A DNA stretch of 64,000 nucleotides, taken from the NCBI RefSeq assembly GCF_037042905.1, contig NC_087251.1, positions 39,248,001 through 39,312,000 on the forward strand. The letters are read 5' to 3'. The translations under genes and the position numbers were made by a program. Positions 12,701 to 25,800 of this stretch are shown piece after piece. Below the pieces are notes generated by a model. The model searched no databases and was not told the origin of the DNA. It saw nothing but the letters and a program-made list of their open reading frames with translations. This DNA is from Lytechinus pictus. Lineage: Eukaryota. Numbering within the stretch: position 1 is the stretch's first letter; every line of letters begins with the position of its first letter.

Positions 12701-14109
12701 ATAAATTGCTACTTGTATCTAAATTAGAGTTTTTCATCCTATATTGTGGTCTGTTTCAGGGTTTTTGAGGACAAATACAGGCACTCATACGCACGTTTCA
12801 ACTCAGTTTGAGAATTTTTTAAATCAGCTGCTCACAAAGTTAAACGATCCCTTTAATCTTGAAAACACCGAAAATTTTAATCTTCCTTTTTTGGAAATAA
12901 AGTGACAGATTGCTCGAAGTTAAAAAGAAAAAAAGGTAACATTTAAAGCAAATTATTGTAATTTTAGCGTCTTTGTAAATTGAAACAAATAATTGAAGTC
13001 AATTAAGATGTGAAAATGTCACAACTAAAATATTTCAGATGTGACGTTGATTATCAAAATTATAACGCTTTTTACTTTAGGACAAGATAGCTTTCTAGAA
13101 ATGTGTCATTCAAATACGGAAGGGATAGATTTGATATCAATAAAAGTAACTTGCCACATTTCTTCCCTTCAGATCCTGGGATCAATCCACATCATGGAGT
13201 TCCTCTGTTTCGCCAATCTTTTCACCAGTGAAGAGAACTCCAGATCTTGAGGATCAGACAATGGCTTCCATTTCCCTGTCGAATACCACCTTTTCGGTAC
13301 GTCACCTCAATGATCTGACAGCTTGGAACTCATCTTCCCATGAAGGGTGTGAACTTGGACGGGGTGTCCATGGATCAGTTCATCTGTACAAGCGCAGGGA
13401 TACCGGGGAGCCAGTGGCACTCAAAGTACTTTCTCTCCAGAAAGATTCCATCAAGCGTTACAAAACAGTTTGTCAGCTTAAGAAGGAAGTGCACTTCCAG
13501 GAACTTGTCAGCAAGTCCCCTTATTTCCCAAAGTTATTCGGGTGCCTCAGGCTTGATGAGGATAGGGTTGGAATGGCCATGGAGTTTGTGGGTGATGAAG
13601 TCACTGGAAAGAGCACAACCCTTTACAAGGCTCTAACGGATGGTCAACCAGCACTCACCAGAAAAGATATGCTCTTGATTGCTTCCGACGTTGTCGAAGG
13701 ACTACAATATTTGCATGACCGTGGTGCTCTTATCAATGACCTAAAAAATGATAACATCTTAATCAGGAAAGAATATGGCAAGTGGCGTGGAGTCTTGATC
13801 GACCTTGGACAGGCCTGTGCCATTCAGGCTCCCATTAGGTACAACTTCTCTCAAAGAGAAAAGCAAGAATATCTGCTAATTGGGCGTTACGGACATATCG
13901 CCCCCGAGCTTGCATTGAGCCATCAACCAACTTCAACCGCCAGTGATGTCTTCCAGGTTGGAACTGTCTTCATAGAGCTTGGACAAATGTTCCAGATGAA
14001 TGAGATCTATCAGCTTGGTTGCATTTGCTGTAGTATAGCGCCCTCTCGACGTCCTGGGCTTCATGATGTTGCTCACTGCCTTGATGCAATCATTACAAAG
14101 TACTTCTAA
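9717..14109 (+). CDS. Divergent Ser/Thr protein kinase with Ser-rich, motif-repeat N-terminal arm (about 675 aa, 4 exons)
   Basis: Exons 9717-9736, 10573-10642, 11157-12157, 13173-14109. Intron phases 2/0/2 match and the spliced frame is open. The GG|GTAAGC donor at 12158 joins the TTCAG|A acceptor at 13173 in frame, fusing ORFs 11100-12161 and 13228-14109. Kinase motifs: ELGRGVHGSV, VALK, alphaC Glu (KKEV), LINDLKNDN, IDLG, GHIAPE, SDVFQVG, RRP. The first two small exons are less certain. Confidence 0.82.
12282..12852. mobile_element. TTAA-flanked MITE (Kolobok-like) in the last kinase intron
   Basis: TTAA|AGTGATCATTTCACTTTG...CAAAGTTAAACGATCCCT|TTAA: imperfect TIRs with purine termini and a TTAA duplication. 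Confidence 0.6.
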
Positions 14110-14637
14110 TCGTTTTCGGACTTTCATCAAAATGATATGCAGAAAGACAACAACCCGAACTGCATGGTCTAAAATAGCCAACAATATCTGCTGACCTAAC
14201 AAACCAAAAACAATAACAAACATCTTCAATGGTTTACGATTGCGTCCAAGACAAGTTATCTGCCTTTTCGTATATAGATAAAAGTGTTTTCATATATTAA
14301 TGAATTTGCGTCCAGTCAATTTGTTGCTGTCTAAAACCAACCTTTCATTTCTCGATATTCTTGACATAATAACTTGGATAGAAGATTAAACAATTGTGAG
14401 TTTAATAGTCAAATTGGAATATTATAGAGAGAGGGGGAGGGGGCATTCGAAGAGAGATTAGATGTTATATTAATTTTCCGATTGGGAAAACGAATGTTAT
14501 TTTTAATGGATGGTTTCGAATATATATGTGAAACAATGTCACTGTCTTGAACTTCACTAACTCTAGCAGTGCCACTACTACCACCACAACCGTCATCATT
14601 ATCACGATCACTTCCATCACCACATCCGTAATCACCA

Positions 14638-14805
14638 CACTGTAAAAAATGAAGTGCTAATTTAGCACTTACAGTGCTTGTATAGTGACTGCACTACGAG
14701 TGCTGATTGTCTAGTTTAAATTTGAACTAAAAAATCAGCACTCGTAGTGCAGTCACTAAATACAAGCACCTTTAGTGCTAAATTAGCACTTCATTTTTTA
14801 AAGTG
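14638..14805. mobile_element. 168-bp palindromic CACT-type MITE
   Basis: CACTGTAAAAAATGAAGTGCTAATTTAGCAC...GTGCTAAATTAGCACTTCATTTTTTAAAGTG, hairpin along its full length, with CA on both flanks. Confidence 0.7.
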
Positions 14806-16064
14806 CACCATCACCACCACGATGACCTCTCCCCCTTCCATTTCTATCACCATTTCTGGATCTGCCTAGAAGTCTTTCCACTTCCTGTCCTTCTCTCAGG
14901 AGTATAAGCAATGCCTTTTAAAGCAGATACGAACAAATGGCGCCATCTCGAGATCTCAACTTCTCATACCTGGCCAATTTTCTGACCCATAATGCTAGTG
15001 TAGTCTAGTAATATAGACCCACTTGAATGATAACATGCTAATTAACTACTCAATACATTTATACCGCAATAATAATGTTACCAAGTAGCAAAACAATTAC
15101 CCTTCCTCTCAAAACATTTTAGTTTCTCTATACAAATACAATAGGTCAATTTATTCTCTGTAGTATTAGTAGATATCTGCAAAACGTATATTTAAGACTA
15201 TGTATTTATAACACACAGTCAATGAGAGACCACACACAGATCACTCCCCCTTTAAGATCCCAGATTCACAATTTTGTGAGAGAAAAAAAAAGCACAGCTG
15301 ATATTCCTTCCCTTTCACGCACTCTCTTTTGTTCCATTTTTCTTCCTCTTGTTCTTCCTTTCTCTCTTAATTCCCTTTCCTTTCTTTTCGTTTTCGGCTT
15401 TCCTTTATTCTCTTTCTAAATCTTTATTTCTTCCTTTGTTGCACGTATCTATTGAAAAGTCAAAAGCTCATAAGCTTTACATATTCCTGTATTGTACGTA
15501 TATATTTAATTAACACACCACCATAATCATGATTATGAAATATAGATACAAATATACAGGTATATACAGTATATACAATACTACTTATACTACGTTATAT
15601 TGATAATCGGAAATAATAGCGGATGGTTTCAAGCCGTTGGTTAAATTTGCATTAAAAACAAACAGGGATTCTTTAAACCCACAGGCCACATAGTCTGCTG
15701 TGCAAACTCTTCACTCGACATGCTCGAGTTAAGGGTCTGAGTTGCGGCCGACTCATGCCTTGTGTACTGAGAAACAGCAAGTTTTGTATGTGCTAGTCTT
15801 TGCATGGAGACACACTTGTTGATCAAAGTTTCAATTAGGGTCTGTGCCTGCAGACTACAGGACACAGAAGGTAAGTTACTTGGTTGAAAATTTAAGAAGA
15901 TATATTAGAGAAAATGTGATCAACCATTTTATCAACAAAGTGATGGGTCGATTAGAAAATACATTATAGCCGCCAAATCCTAAAGTGATAGAGCGGTAGC
16001 AGCTTCCCAAAGTATTTGTATACAAAATGTCTCTCTTAAAAAGTCCTTTAGACGCATCATTTAT

Positions 16065-19000
16065 TCAAGTGGGTTCCTTTTCCGATCTCGGTCTAGGCCT
16101 CCTGACTCCCCGCCGTTTATTTGACCTTCTGTTTGTACGATTCAAACGTTCAAAATCAGGTACCAAGTAGCCAGTCGCCACAGGCTCATTCCCCTTGACA
16201 TCGTTCATGTAATGTCGGGCGTGATCATCTGTGAATGAACAGGACGCCTGCGACATCGACGACTTATCAGACACTTTATCTTCGTCGATGATGTAATTAT
16301 TGAGGGCTCGATGAGTGGTCGTCTCCGATTCCACGATGCTCTGATCGTTCCCTGTTAGGATGTGAAGCGGTAGGGACAGCGGAGGTGGCGGAGGTGGTGG
16401 TGAGCCGTGGCAGCGAGATCGTCGACGACCAAATGCGATAATAGTGAAGCCAAAGAATGATATCGCTAACAAAACGACCATATACGCGAGGATTAGAAGT
16501 CCTTTGTCGAGTAAAGAACACAAAAAGAAAACAACGCGTGATTATTATAGAATACTAGCCATTATAAATGCAAAATTTATTCTCCATAACAAGAATTTTG
16601 AGTTTCATTTTTCCTCATTATATCTTTTATAATCTATCAGAATCACCAAAAATATTGATGGAAGTGTTATATCCTATTTTACTAAGTAAATTCTCAAAGA
16701 AAATATGCATCAAAAGTTGCAGAAAATCATTAATATGGCATTGAGCACCTTCCTTTTATCCCGTGCTTTACCCCCCCCCCTGCATATAGGTAAGCTATTA
16801 CGCTCTTTTAGCTTAAAGTTCCTTAATTCTTAGATTTCCAAATAAACTGCTTAAAAACATGTTATTTCACTTTGAATCATATTTGATTTCCTGATAGCAA
16901 TCCCAAACATGAATGGATATACTCACTGGCGTTGAACCTGACGGCCGCTTCTGAAGAAGGTGAAATCTGTTGAATGCTGATAATTGCGTCAAGAACCACA
17001 TTACCTCTTTCCGATCGCCCCTGAAGACCTAAAATCAAGGCCTGACTGACGTCACCTAATGTGCTTGAACCGCCGTCTGTTGACTGAAGAAAACATAGAA
17101 TTGGAAATGAAAAGTTATGTCTTTGATATTGAAATTCACTTGTAATGTTTGCACCTGCACATGTGCTGTCTGTGATGGCTAAAGGTCAGATAATCAAACA
17201 AAATTGTAAAAAAACGAAGAGTCGAGAATGGTGAATGAGAATTTTCAGTTGACACTTGGCCACTCTCCACCCAGGTGTTAAATGGGTTTCCGGTAGTTGT
17301 AGGATGCCAACTTTAATGCCGCTGGCTTATAAATGAGAGCGTATGACTCCTCATTGCCGGAATACTCCGCAGTCCGCAGGGAGTGGAGATTGTGCCTACA
17401 CCGTATGCAATGACCATTGTAATAAACTATAGAAATAATTGTAAATCTGTAAAAGCGCTTACAGACCCGGGGACCGTTTCATAAAGCTGTTCTTAAGTTA
17501 AGAGCGACTTTAAGAACGACTGGTGAACCCTTCTTAAGCGCTAATCCATCGCCAATTCAATACCATGTACCACAAGAAAGGATCACCAGTCGCTCTTAAC
17601 TTACGAACAGCTTTATGAAACACCCACCTGGGTCAGATATTTGGTGTACAAAAGTGGAATTTTATTATCAATGTCGTAAATCCATTTGGTAAATTTAGAT
17701 CCTAGATCTACAACTATCTCAGAAACCTACCATGGTCAAATCGATAGTATCGGTTTCTTGAAGAACCTTTCGGCACATGATGAAGACGGCCACATCCAGT
17801 GCAGCAGCGTGTATCTGTGGTAACTGTCTGATACCATTACACACTGCATCAACGGTCATCCCCTGCAGGTTTTTAGGAAGATATAAAATGGCATTTTGTC
17901 ATTGGGGAAAAGGTGTTCAAAGGATTTTGCTGTAGGCAATTGTCCGTTTGCTGGTATGAAATATATATTTACAAAACATTCATATTCCACCTTTGTACTT
18001 CAGTTTTCCTTTATAGGATTTCTGTAATAGACCTACAATATTTTAGTTGTATACTTTTCAGTAATATCCACTTAAAATGTACACCAAAAATTGATATACA
18101 GGGTTGTCATGAAATCAAGTTAAGCTTATTATGACACCCCCTGCAACCTTTTTAATCTATATGTCATAGAAAATACATCTTTGTTGATTGTTTTCCTTGT
18201 AATTAAAGACGCTTTCTTCAAATATCTTTTTGATTCAAATCAAATATTTTGTTAATACTCTGTTTATTGCATTTCCTTTGTTATATTGTTCATAAAAAGT
18301 TGCAGAGAATCATCAAGTAAAATAAGTTATAAAAAAACATAGGCCTGTTTCCAAAAGACCACGTACTAATTTACAGTGTTATTAATAACAAATCATTTTT
18401 TCTAACTCCATAGATTTAAATGGCATGCTCGGAAAGATAACAAAGAAGTCATAAACCCACACAGATAAAAAAAAAAATGAAAAGGTACAGTACCACGGGC
18501 ATTATCCACAAGTTGAATGTTAAAAACAGACGGATAGAGCTTCCAGATGCATTATTGCTCTGGCCAGATTCACCAACAATCTCGGCAGTGTTGTATAGCG
18601 ACATAAAAGTACTGCTTCCATCTTTTATATAACCAGGGTGATCAGTTGGATATCCGTGTCCTTGTTCATACCCGCCTAAGGTTCTTCCGGATGCTGTCTT
18701 TTCGCAGACTCCCCAAGGATGACAAGGAGGCGTAAAGCACTCGTGTTCTCTTATCGGCCGGCAGGTATACCCTTCGGAACAGCGAAAACTTGACTGGTTT
18801 TCTAGTCCGTTAATGTCGAAGGTTCCATCTGCTACAGCTAGGCATGAGGATGGGCCACACCACACCTAACAAGACAAGAAGAAAAAGTGACAGGTGTGGC
18901 AACAAATATCGTCATCCTCAATGATAGTGAAAGAAACCGTGATGATAATGATAATTAGATGATGATGATAATGATGATGATGATTTTGGTGTTGATGATG

Positions 19001-19789
19001 ATGGTGATGATGATGATGATGGTGGTGGTGCTAATGGTGGTGATGATGGTGATGAGGATGCTAGGCATGACAATCGGCCACACCACACCTAACAAGACAA
19101 GAAGAAAGAGTGACAGGTGTGGCTATAAATATCATAAACCACGATGGTAGAGAAAATAACGATGACAACAATGATAATGAATTAAAGATGATCAGAACTC
19201 AAACCACGAAATATGTAATATGATTTTTTTTCAAGTTTGGTTGTTGCTGTTAAGAAAATAGTTTAATGCACTGACTCAACTTTTTGTATGTCGTTTTCAT
19301 TCAGTTGCGAAAAGATGAATGTTAGCATAATTACTATGAGAAAGGACAGAGAAAATCCCCCTGGAAAAAACACAGTGTCATACAGTGTCACCACAGTGTG
19401 TTCACATTGTGGACTATCTGAAAATATTATTCACACGTCAAAATGCTCAAATTCAACAGTATGAAGTCATTTTCACACTATATAGACACCTCGACAATGT
19501 GACTGTTCACAGCGTGTTCACATGGTCGACTATGTGAATATGTGACTCAAATTTAAGTGTGAAGGTGATTTCACATTGTGTTCCACACTGTGGAATACAC
19601 TGTGGAACACTGCGTTCTTTCCAGTGGGGATGTTCCTATATTTTTTTCTTATCACTTAGGAATATGTTTAAATCCTATCTAAATACCTAAATTTCACTTG
19701 AAGAGAAAGGTTACTACCCACTTCCTTTATCTGTTAATAATCATGTATTCTCTATCAAATTCTCTATCGAATTTGATTATATATATATT

Positions 19790-19853
<64 letters not shown>

Positions 19854-22800
19854 GCGTTTGTATTGTAATTTTTTCTGTTGAAAAATGACAAATAGGAATT
19901 TGAATTTGAAATGGTAATATCTAAACGGATGCACTGCTAGGTCTGTAATTTTCACAGATTTCTTCGAAAAATCGATGAAGCAAACCTTTGAACAGACAAT
20001 GAGGCCGTCATCACACCGACATCGGTTGCAGTCCTGTTGCCACGTCTCTTCATGAACACGAAGATGCCGTCCAGACTGACACGATCTCGGCATAGGATCA
20101 TAACCGATTACTAAATATAAACCAAACATGAAAGAGAATCTTGATAAGAAAATCTTGTATTCGGATTATGATTTCAGGTTTGATTTTCATATAATACGTG
20201 TGATAACAAATACTGCAACACGACATTGCCCCCATAACAACAACCCAGACTCAAATCTCACCTCCCGATACACATGGCAGTCAATTTTCTTCTGGGCAAT
20301 AGTTTACAAAAGGGTACCATGAAGGTGCGTAACCTCATGTTTATGATGTATTCTCTTTTAGATTGAAGGAAAAAAAACAGGTAAAGTGGTTATAGAGTTA
20401 GAAGTTAGTTCCTGGTGGAGAGTAAAGTCTCTCTATTACATCCCTACTGACTAAATAAAGGTAGAATACGGAAAATATAGAAGGACAGAAAATAAAAATT
20501 TGCTTCATTTGTAAACCAACCTTGTGAGCATGTTGTTCCGTTTCTTCCAAGAGGACAATGACATGTATATGATGCCATTCCGTCTACACACGTACTTCCA
20601 TATGCACAAGGGCTTGAAAGGCATTGGTTGATATCTAATGGTATAATGATATGGCGAACCTTAAACATCTGTTACAGGAGATTTTATCAAATGTTGTATA
20701 AAACATGTCAAATGAAATAATTACAGTAGAAAATGTATCTTAAAAATAAAACACATCGAGAATCTTCTTTTTAAGGGACCATCTCAGTATTAGATAGATT
20801 TCTTAGCTAAGATATTAGAGCGGTAATCTTTCTATCTGGTACCCGAGGTTCGAATATAAGTTGATGCGTAAGTCCCTTTTGGATGAAATATTACTTCCCA
20901 TCCCTATTAGAGGTTGTCAATCTGTTGACCTTCCTCACTTTCAAACATTGATAATACAGCACCCAGTTGAACTATAAATAATGATAATAATGATAATAAT
21001 TATAATAATAATAATGATAATAATAATAATAATCAGTCCTTATATATTGCCTAATGCATATGAACGCCGTCTCTAAGCGCTTCGCTTTATATTATTACAC
21101 TGGTTGTCGGATCCTAACTTGCCCGCATACAATGTATGTACTTCCTCGACTCACAGGGGAGCATTTCAAAAAGTGTAATCTGTAACTACATTTAAGATCA
21201 GTATCTTACTTATTCTGCAGCTAGGTCCCGCGAATCCTTCCGCACAGTGGCAGAGAAACCAGTTGATCCCATCCACACACTTTCCTCCATTGTGGCAGGG
21301 GTTCAGGCGACAGTCATCCACATCTATCATGAAATGTCAATGTAAACAGGAAAAGCAAAGGCGTTATGTTTATGATCTTGGTCTAGCCTTAGTGGTTTCG
21401 TCAATGGCTAGTTATCCCACCGCTGCCACCACGGTAAAATAAAGGAAATTAAACACATCTTATATGTTGCTGCTGAGAATCACACAATCTTCATTAGGTA
21501 GGATGTCTGAACATAGCCGACCATAAACATAACATAATAGTGGCGTAAATAAACCCGAATCAATTTTAAAGGAATATAAATTGAATAAGTGATTATGTAA
21601 AGCGACCATTAATATCGAAGTAAGATTTCAACATCTTTTAGCAAATATTACAGGACTTTTCTTCATGTGATTTATTAAAGATATATATCCCGCATTTTTA
21701 TTGAAAGTTAGGTATCAATTTGTTTCACTTCTGAAGCAGAGCTGTCAAAGACTGTAAGATGAAATATTGAATAAGATGACGACAATTGATTAAAAATTCT
21801 GTTATTGCATCATCATAACTTGATTTCAGGAGAAATTGATATTTAGGATCAAAAGAGCAAAAAGACAGTCCAATATTACTTACTCTTGTCACAGTTGGCT
21901 CCCTCAAATCCATCTTTGCAGATACATGTATATGACTCGCCACTTGGAATGCATGTCGCCCCGTTTACACAAGGTCTGCTAATGCATATGTCCTGGACAG
22001 CTGACAGTAGAAGAAACACATTATGGCAAATTTTACAGCCACAGGAGAAAATCTAACATAGGAGGAATCTATAGAGTTTATTTTTTTCTGCATTCACATC
22101 AGTATCAGAATTTCAGGAGACCACCATCGTGGGCGTTTAGGCTTGATGATGAAGACGGCCTCGTAATCTTTATATTTCAAATAAAGTGATAATGACAATG
22201 GTTCTGAACAGATACCAAAATGAAAATTTATTATCAATTTTTCCTCCTCTTTTATCGTATTATTAAATCTAATTACATTACATCCGATGCAGAAACTAAT
22301 GACTACGATTTTGAACTTTGAATACGATTTTGAACAACATGTTTCTTGGACATACAAAACATATTTCACAGAGTATCGTGTGCCCTTTGTAAGCATGGGC
22401 AGTATAGTTTTAATTTCAAATACAATAGGAATCTATACATGATCAGTGGCGTAACAGGCGGGGGCAGAATTTGATTTCTGTAATAAAAATGTCAATTTTT
22501 TTGCTAGCTCGCTTCCTTCGCAACTTTTTTAAAAGAGAAATTCTGCCCGATACGCCATATCTGGTCCCTTCAAAAATTTTGCCTCATTACACCACTGCCT
22601 GTTCATTCCATGATTATGACCGGGAAATGTTTGGCTCTTGCCCCCCCCCCCCCCCCTGGCCACCGACCCCTGTTACGCCCCTGTACACATGACTTTGTTT
22701 TTTTATAAGGTATACGCTCTTAAAAATAAAATTGAATTATAATATTGATTATGCAGACCTTCAACTGGTTAGTTTGTACCTACCAATCTGACAGGAGATT

Positions 22801-25800
22801 CCTTCCCATTCTGGTGGGCAGAGACACATAAAGGATTCTCCAGTATCTTCACAGGCTCCATCGTTACGGCATGTACTTGAGTCACAGTGACTTTCAACTA
22901 CACGAAACAAGAATAAATACAGTGAATACAAGGAAGAAAGAACATTTTACCACTGCGCATCAAAACCAATGCAACAGTTGAAGCCTTCAATGAAGCACTC
23001 AAATGCCATCCTTCATCTCGAAATAAACTTTAAATGAAGAGCTCATAATGTATCTAGTATGTTATCATATTTAATTGTACATTAATTTATGTTAATATAG
23101 GCGCTATATAAACTTAACGTATCATTATTCTTAAAAAATAATAATACCGTGAAAAAGTGAAAAGGATAAATGCGATTCATCAAGCAATTTGATTCTTTGA
23201 CGGATATATTTTATTTTCACTCGGTGATCCTGGCAGGGAAAAATATCAATTTATTCCTTCTTTTAAAACGGTTTACTGACAAATACAGGACATCGTCCAC
23301 TACTTAAATTCCTTAAGGCCGACTTGCAAAGTCATTTACATTGTAAAATATCATGAAAAGTTACACAAAAATAGAGTTCCATAATTGCAATACCCATTTA
23401 ATACATGTGCATGGTCAGTGGTCACGGAGATAAAGGTGATAGTATCCTCTATCACATGTAAAATGCATGGACCTATCCACGGAGGATTATCTATTGTTAC
23501 TGGGGGTGCTGTGACAATGCTCAGTAACAATAAACTAATCCTCCGTGGATAGGTCCATGGCAGATGTAGACATTTTTAGAGCTGATACTATTTTCCAGAG
23601 TTTAATGGTAGAAAATAAATTTTCATTACATTTTTTGAAGATGTGAAAAACACCTACGTGAATTGCAAGTTTTTCCCATCCACCGTTCAGGACAAACACA
23701 CGTAAAATCGGCATGGAGATCAACACAGGTTCCGTTGTTTCTGCACGGGGTTGCCGAACATTCATCTGTGCCTTTATAGAGCAGAACCAAACACCAAAAC
23801 ACAGTCATATTCCATTAGAGAATAATCTGATAATTCCACAATAAACATTATTTTAGATTCATATGAATAGTGTAATTTCAAGAGCTCGTGATTATTATTA
23901 GTATTTATGAATCGGAATAGAGATCTTTACGTTTGCTGATTTCCCTTCTGAAACCGAAATTTTAAGTAGGTGAATGCAGTACAGAATATTTCTGGATCTC
24001 TTCAACAGATAGAGGGTAGGCCCTGTATCTATTTCAGAATCAACCCACAGCAGATTTGTTTAGTGGGCCAAAAATGAGTAAACAAAAATGGGGTGTGTGG
24101 CAAAATCTCTTCTTGATGCCGAGCAAGCGAAGATTTTGACCTTTTCAAACCGAAAATCAAATTTGGAGCTTTCCTTTCCTTTTATTTCATTTTCTCCTTC
24201 TTTTTCATTTATTTCTTTTGGTCACAGAACTTTCGTGGTTCATGGCCTCAACCCTCACCCCACCTGCAGGCAAGTGTTTTTTGTAATTTCTTTGAGCATC
24301 CTTACCAATGTTACAGAAGATACCTTCCCATCCTTGGGTACAGACACACTGTATTGATGATACAGAATTGATACACGTTCCTCCATTCTGACACGGATTA
24401 CTTTCACAACAGTCAATCCCTGTAGAGAGATGAAAGGAATAATACTACTTGAAGTATGTTAACCGTAATTTCCAAAGACAAATTAGGTCGGTTAGTTGTC
24501 GGCTTCGTAGGTGTATTTGCAACATTGCAATAAAGCTAGATATGAAGCAAGTACCATAGCACCTTATTATGCGAAATCTGGAGCTGTGCAAAGCTTAATT
24601 ATCACTTAACTAATCACACCGAAATAGGCACGTGAATTCAAGGTGAAAAATGCAAACCAGTCTTACGTTCATGACAATATAGGCCAGTGTATCCTGTGTC
24701 ACAGATGCAGGAGAATCCGCCATTATTGTCCAGACTTATACAGGAACCATGAGGGCCACAAACGTTGGATGGTTGTTGGATCGGTCCACCGGTACTGGTT
24801 GCTCCTGCTGTCACGGTGCAACTGTCTATTACTGTTTATTAATGATTGATATAAAGATTGAAGACACTCGTAACAAACGATTCCATGTATCTGTGTCTAT
24901 TCTAAAATCTCATAAGATGTCTTCTAAGTTTATAATTTGCAGCAGATCTCAAATATCTGTATATTACCTTCCATTCCCATCAGATAGTGTAGTAGTTGTT
25001 TTACTGTCCATGTCAGTATTGATGTCAGGGTATTCCAGTGATTACCCATAATTCCATGATTTTTTTTTATGAATGATAACCACTGGGGAAGCCAAAAGGC
25101 AGAGAAGGCACTTCTAATAATATTGCACTATATAGTGCGTCCCAGAAAAAAGGAAACCGGGATTCCCATGTCTTTTTAATTTAAATGCAAATAAATAATG
25201 GTATTTCATTTACATAATCATATAATTCAATTATTCTTCTTTATTTTGATACCTAATATGAAGCAAACACTTCGCGCATTAATGAGCAAGACGAGTTTGA
25301 AATTTTAATGTCAAAACCAGGTTGCGCAGAAAATTTGGACAAGACTGGTTCGTGATACGACGATCGTGCATATTCGACGATTGGCTCATTAACTTTTCTT
25401 TTGTATTCTTTGCTAAGCTTCTCTCACTGATCCCTGAAGTGAGAGTGGATTCAGATTCACACGTAAGTTTCTGCGCAAATCGTTTCTGATACCCCTTTCA
25501 TAAACCCAATTATGCGGCTAATAGCAGCATAATTTGGTCGTTAAATCGGAGGAGGACCATAGTTATCTGCATTATTTTGATGCTGCTATTATCCGCATAA
25601 TAGCGGCATCGGGACCAGATTTTGACTTTATGAACGCATTTCCAAATAATGCGGATAATTGCCATGGTGCGGTCATAAGGTCACCCTTTTACAACACAAC
25701 CGCATCGGAGGGGGCGTGTGCAGTTGTCATGACGATTATCCGCCTTTTTCAGGACGGGCGCTTGTAAAAATAGTGCGGATTATTTTTGGAGTTTGTGAAC

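Noticed and set aside
11100..14109. Two separate genes (353-aa and 293-aa ORFs)
   Set aside because: Phase-matched donor (12158) and acceptor (13172) join them. The listed ORF starts lie in intron or mid-exon sequence.
18959..19150. Met-rich ORF on the + strand (also 7292-7516 on -)
   Set aside because: These are trinucleotide microsatellite translations.
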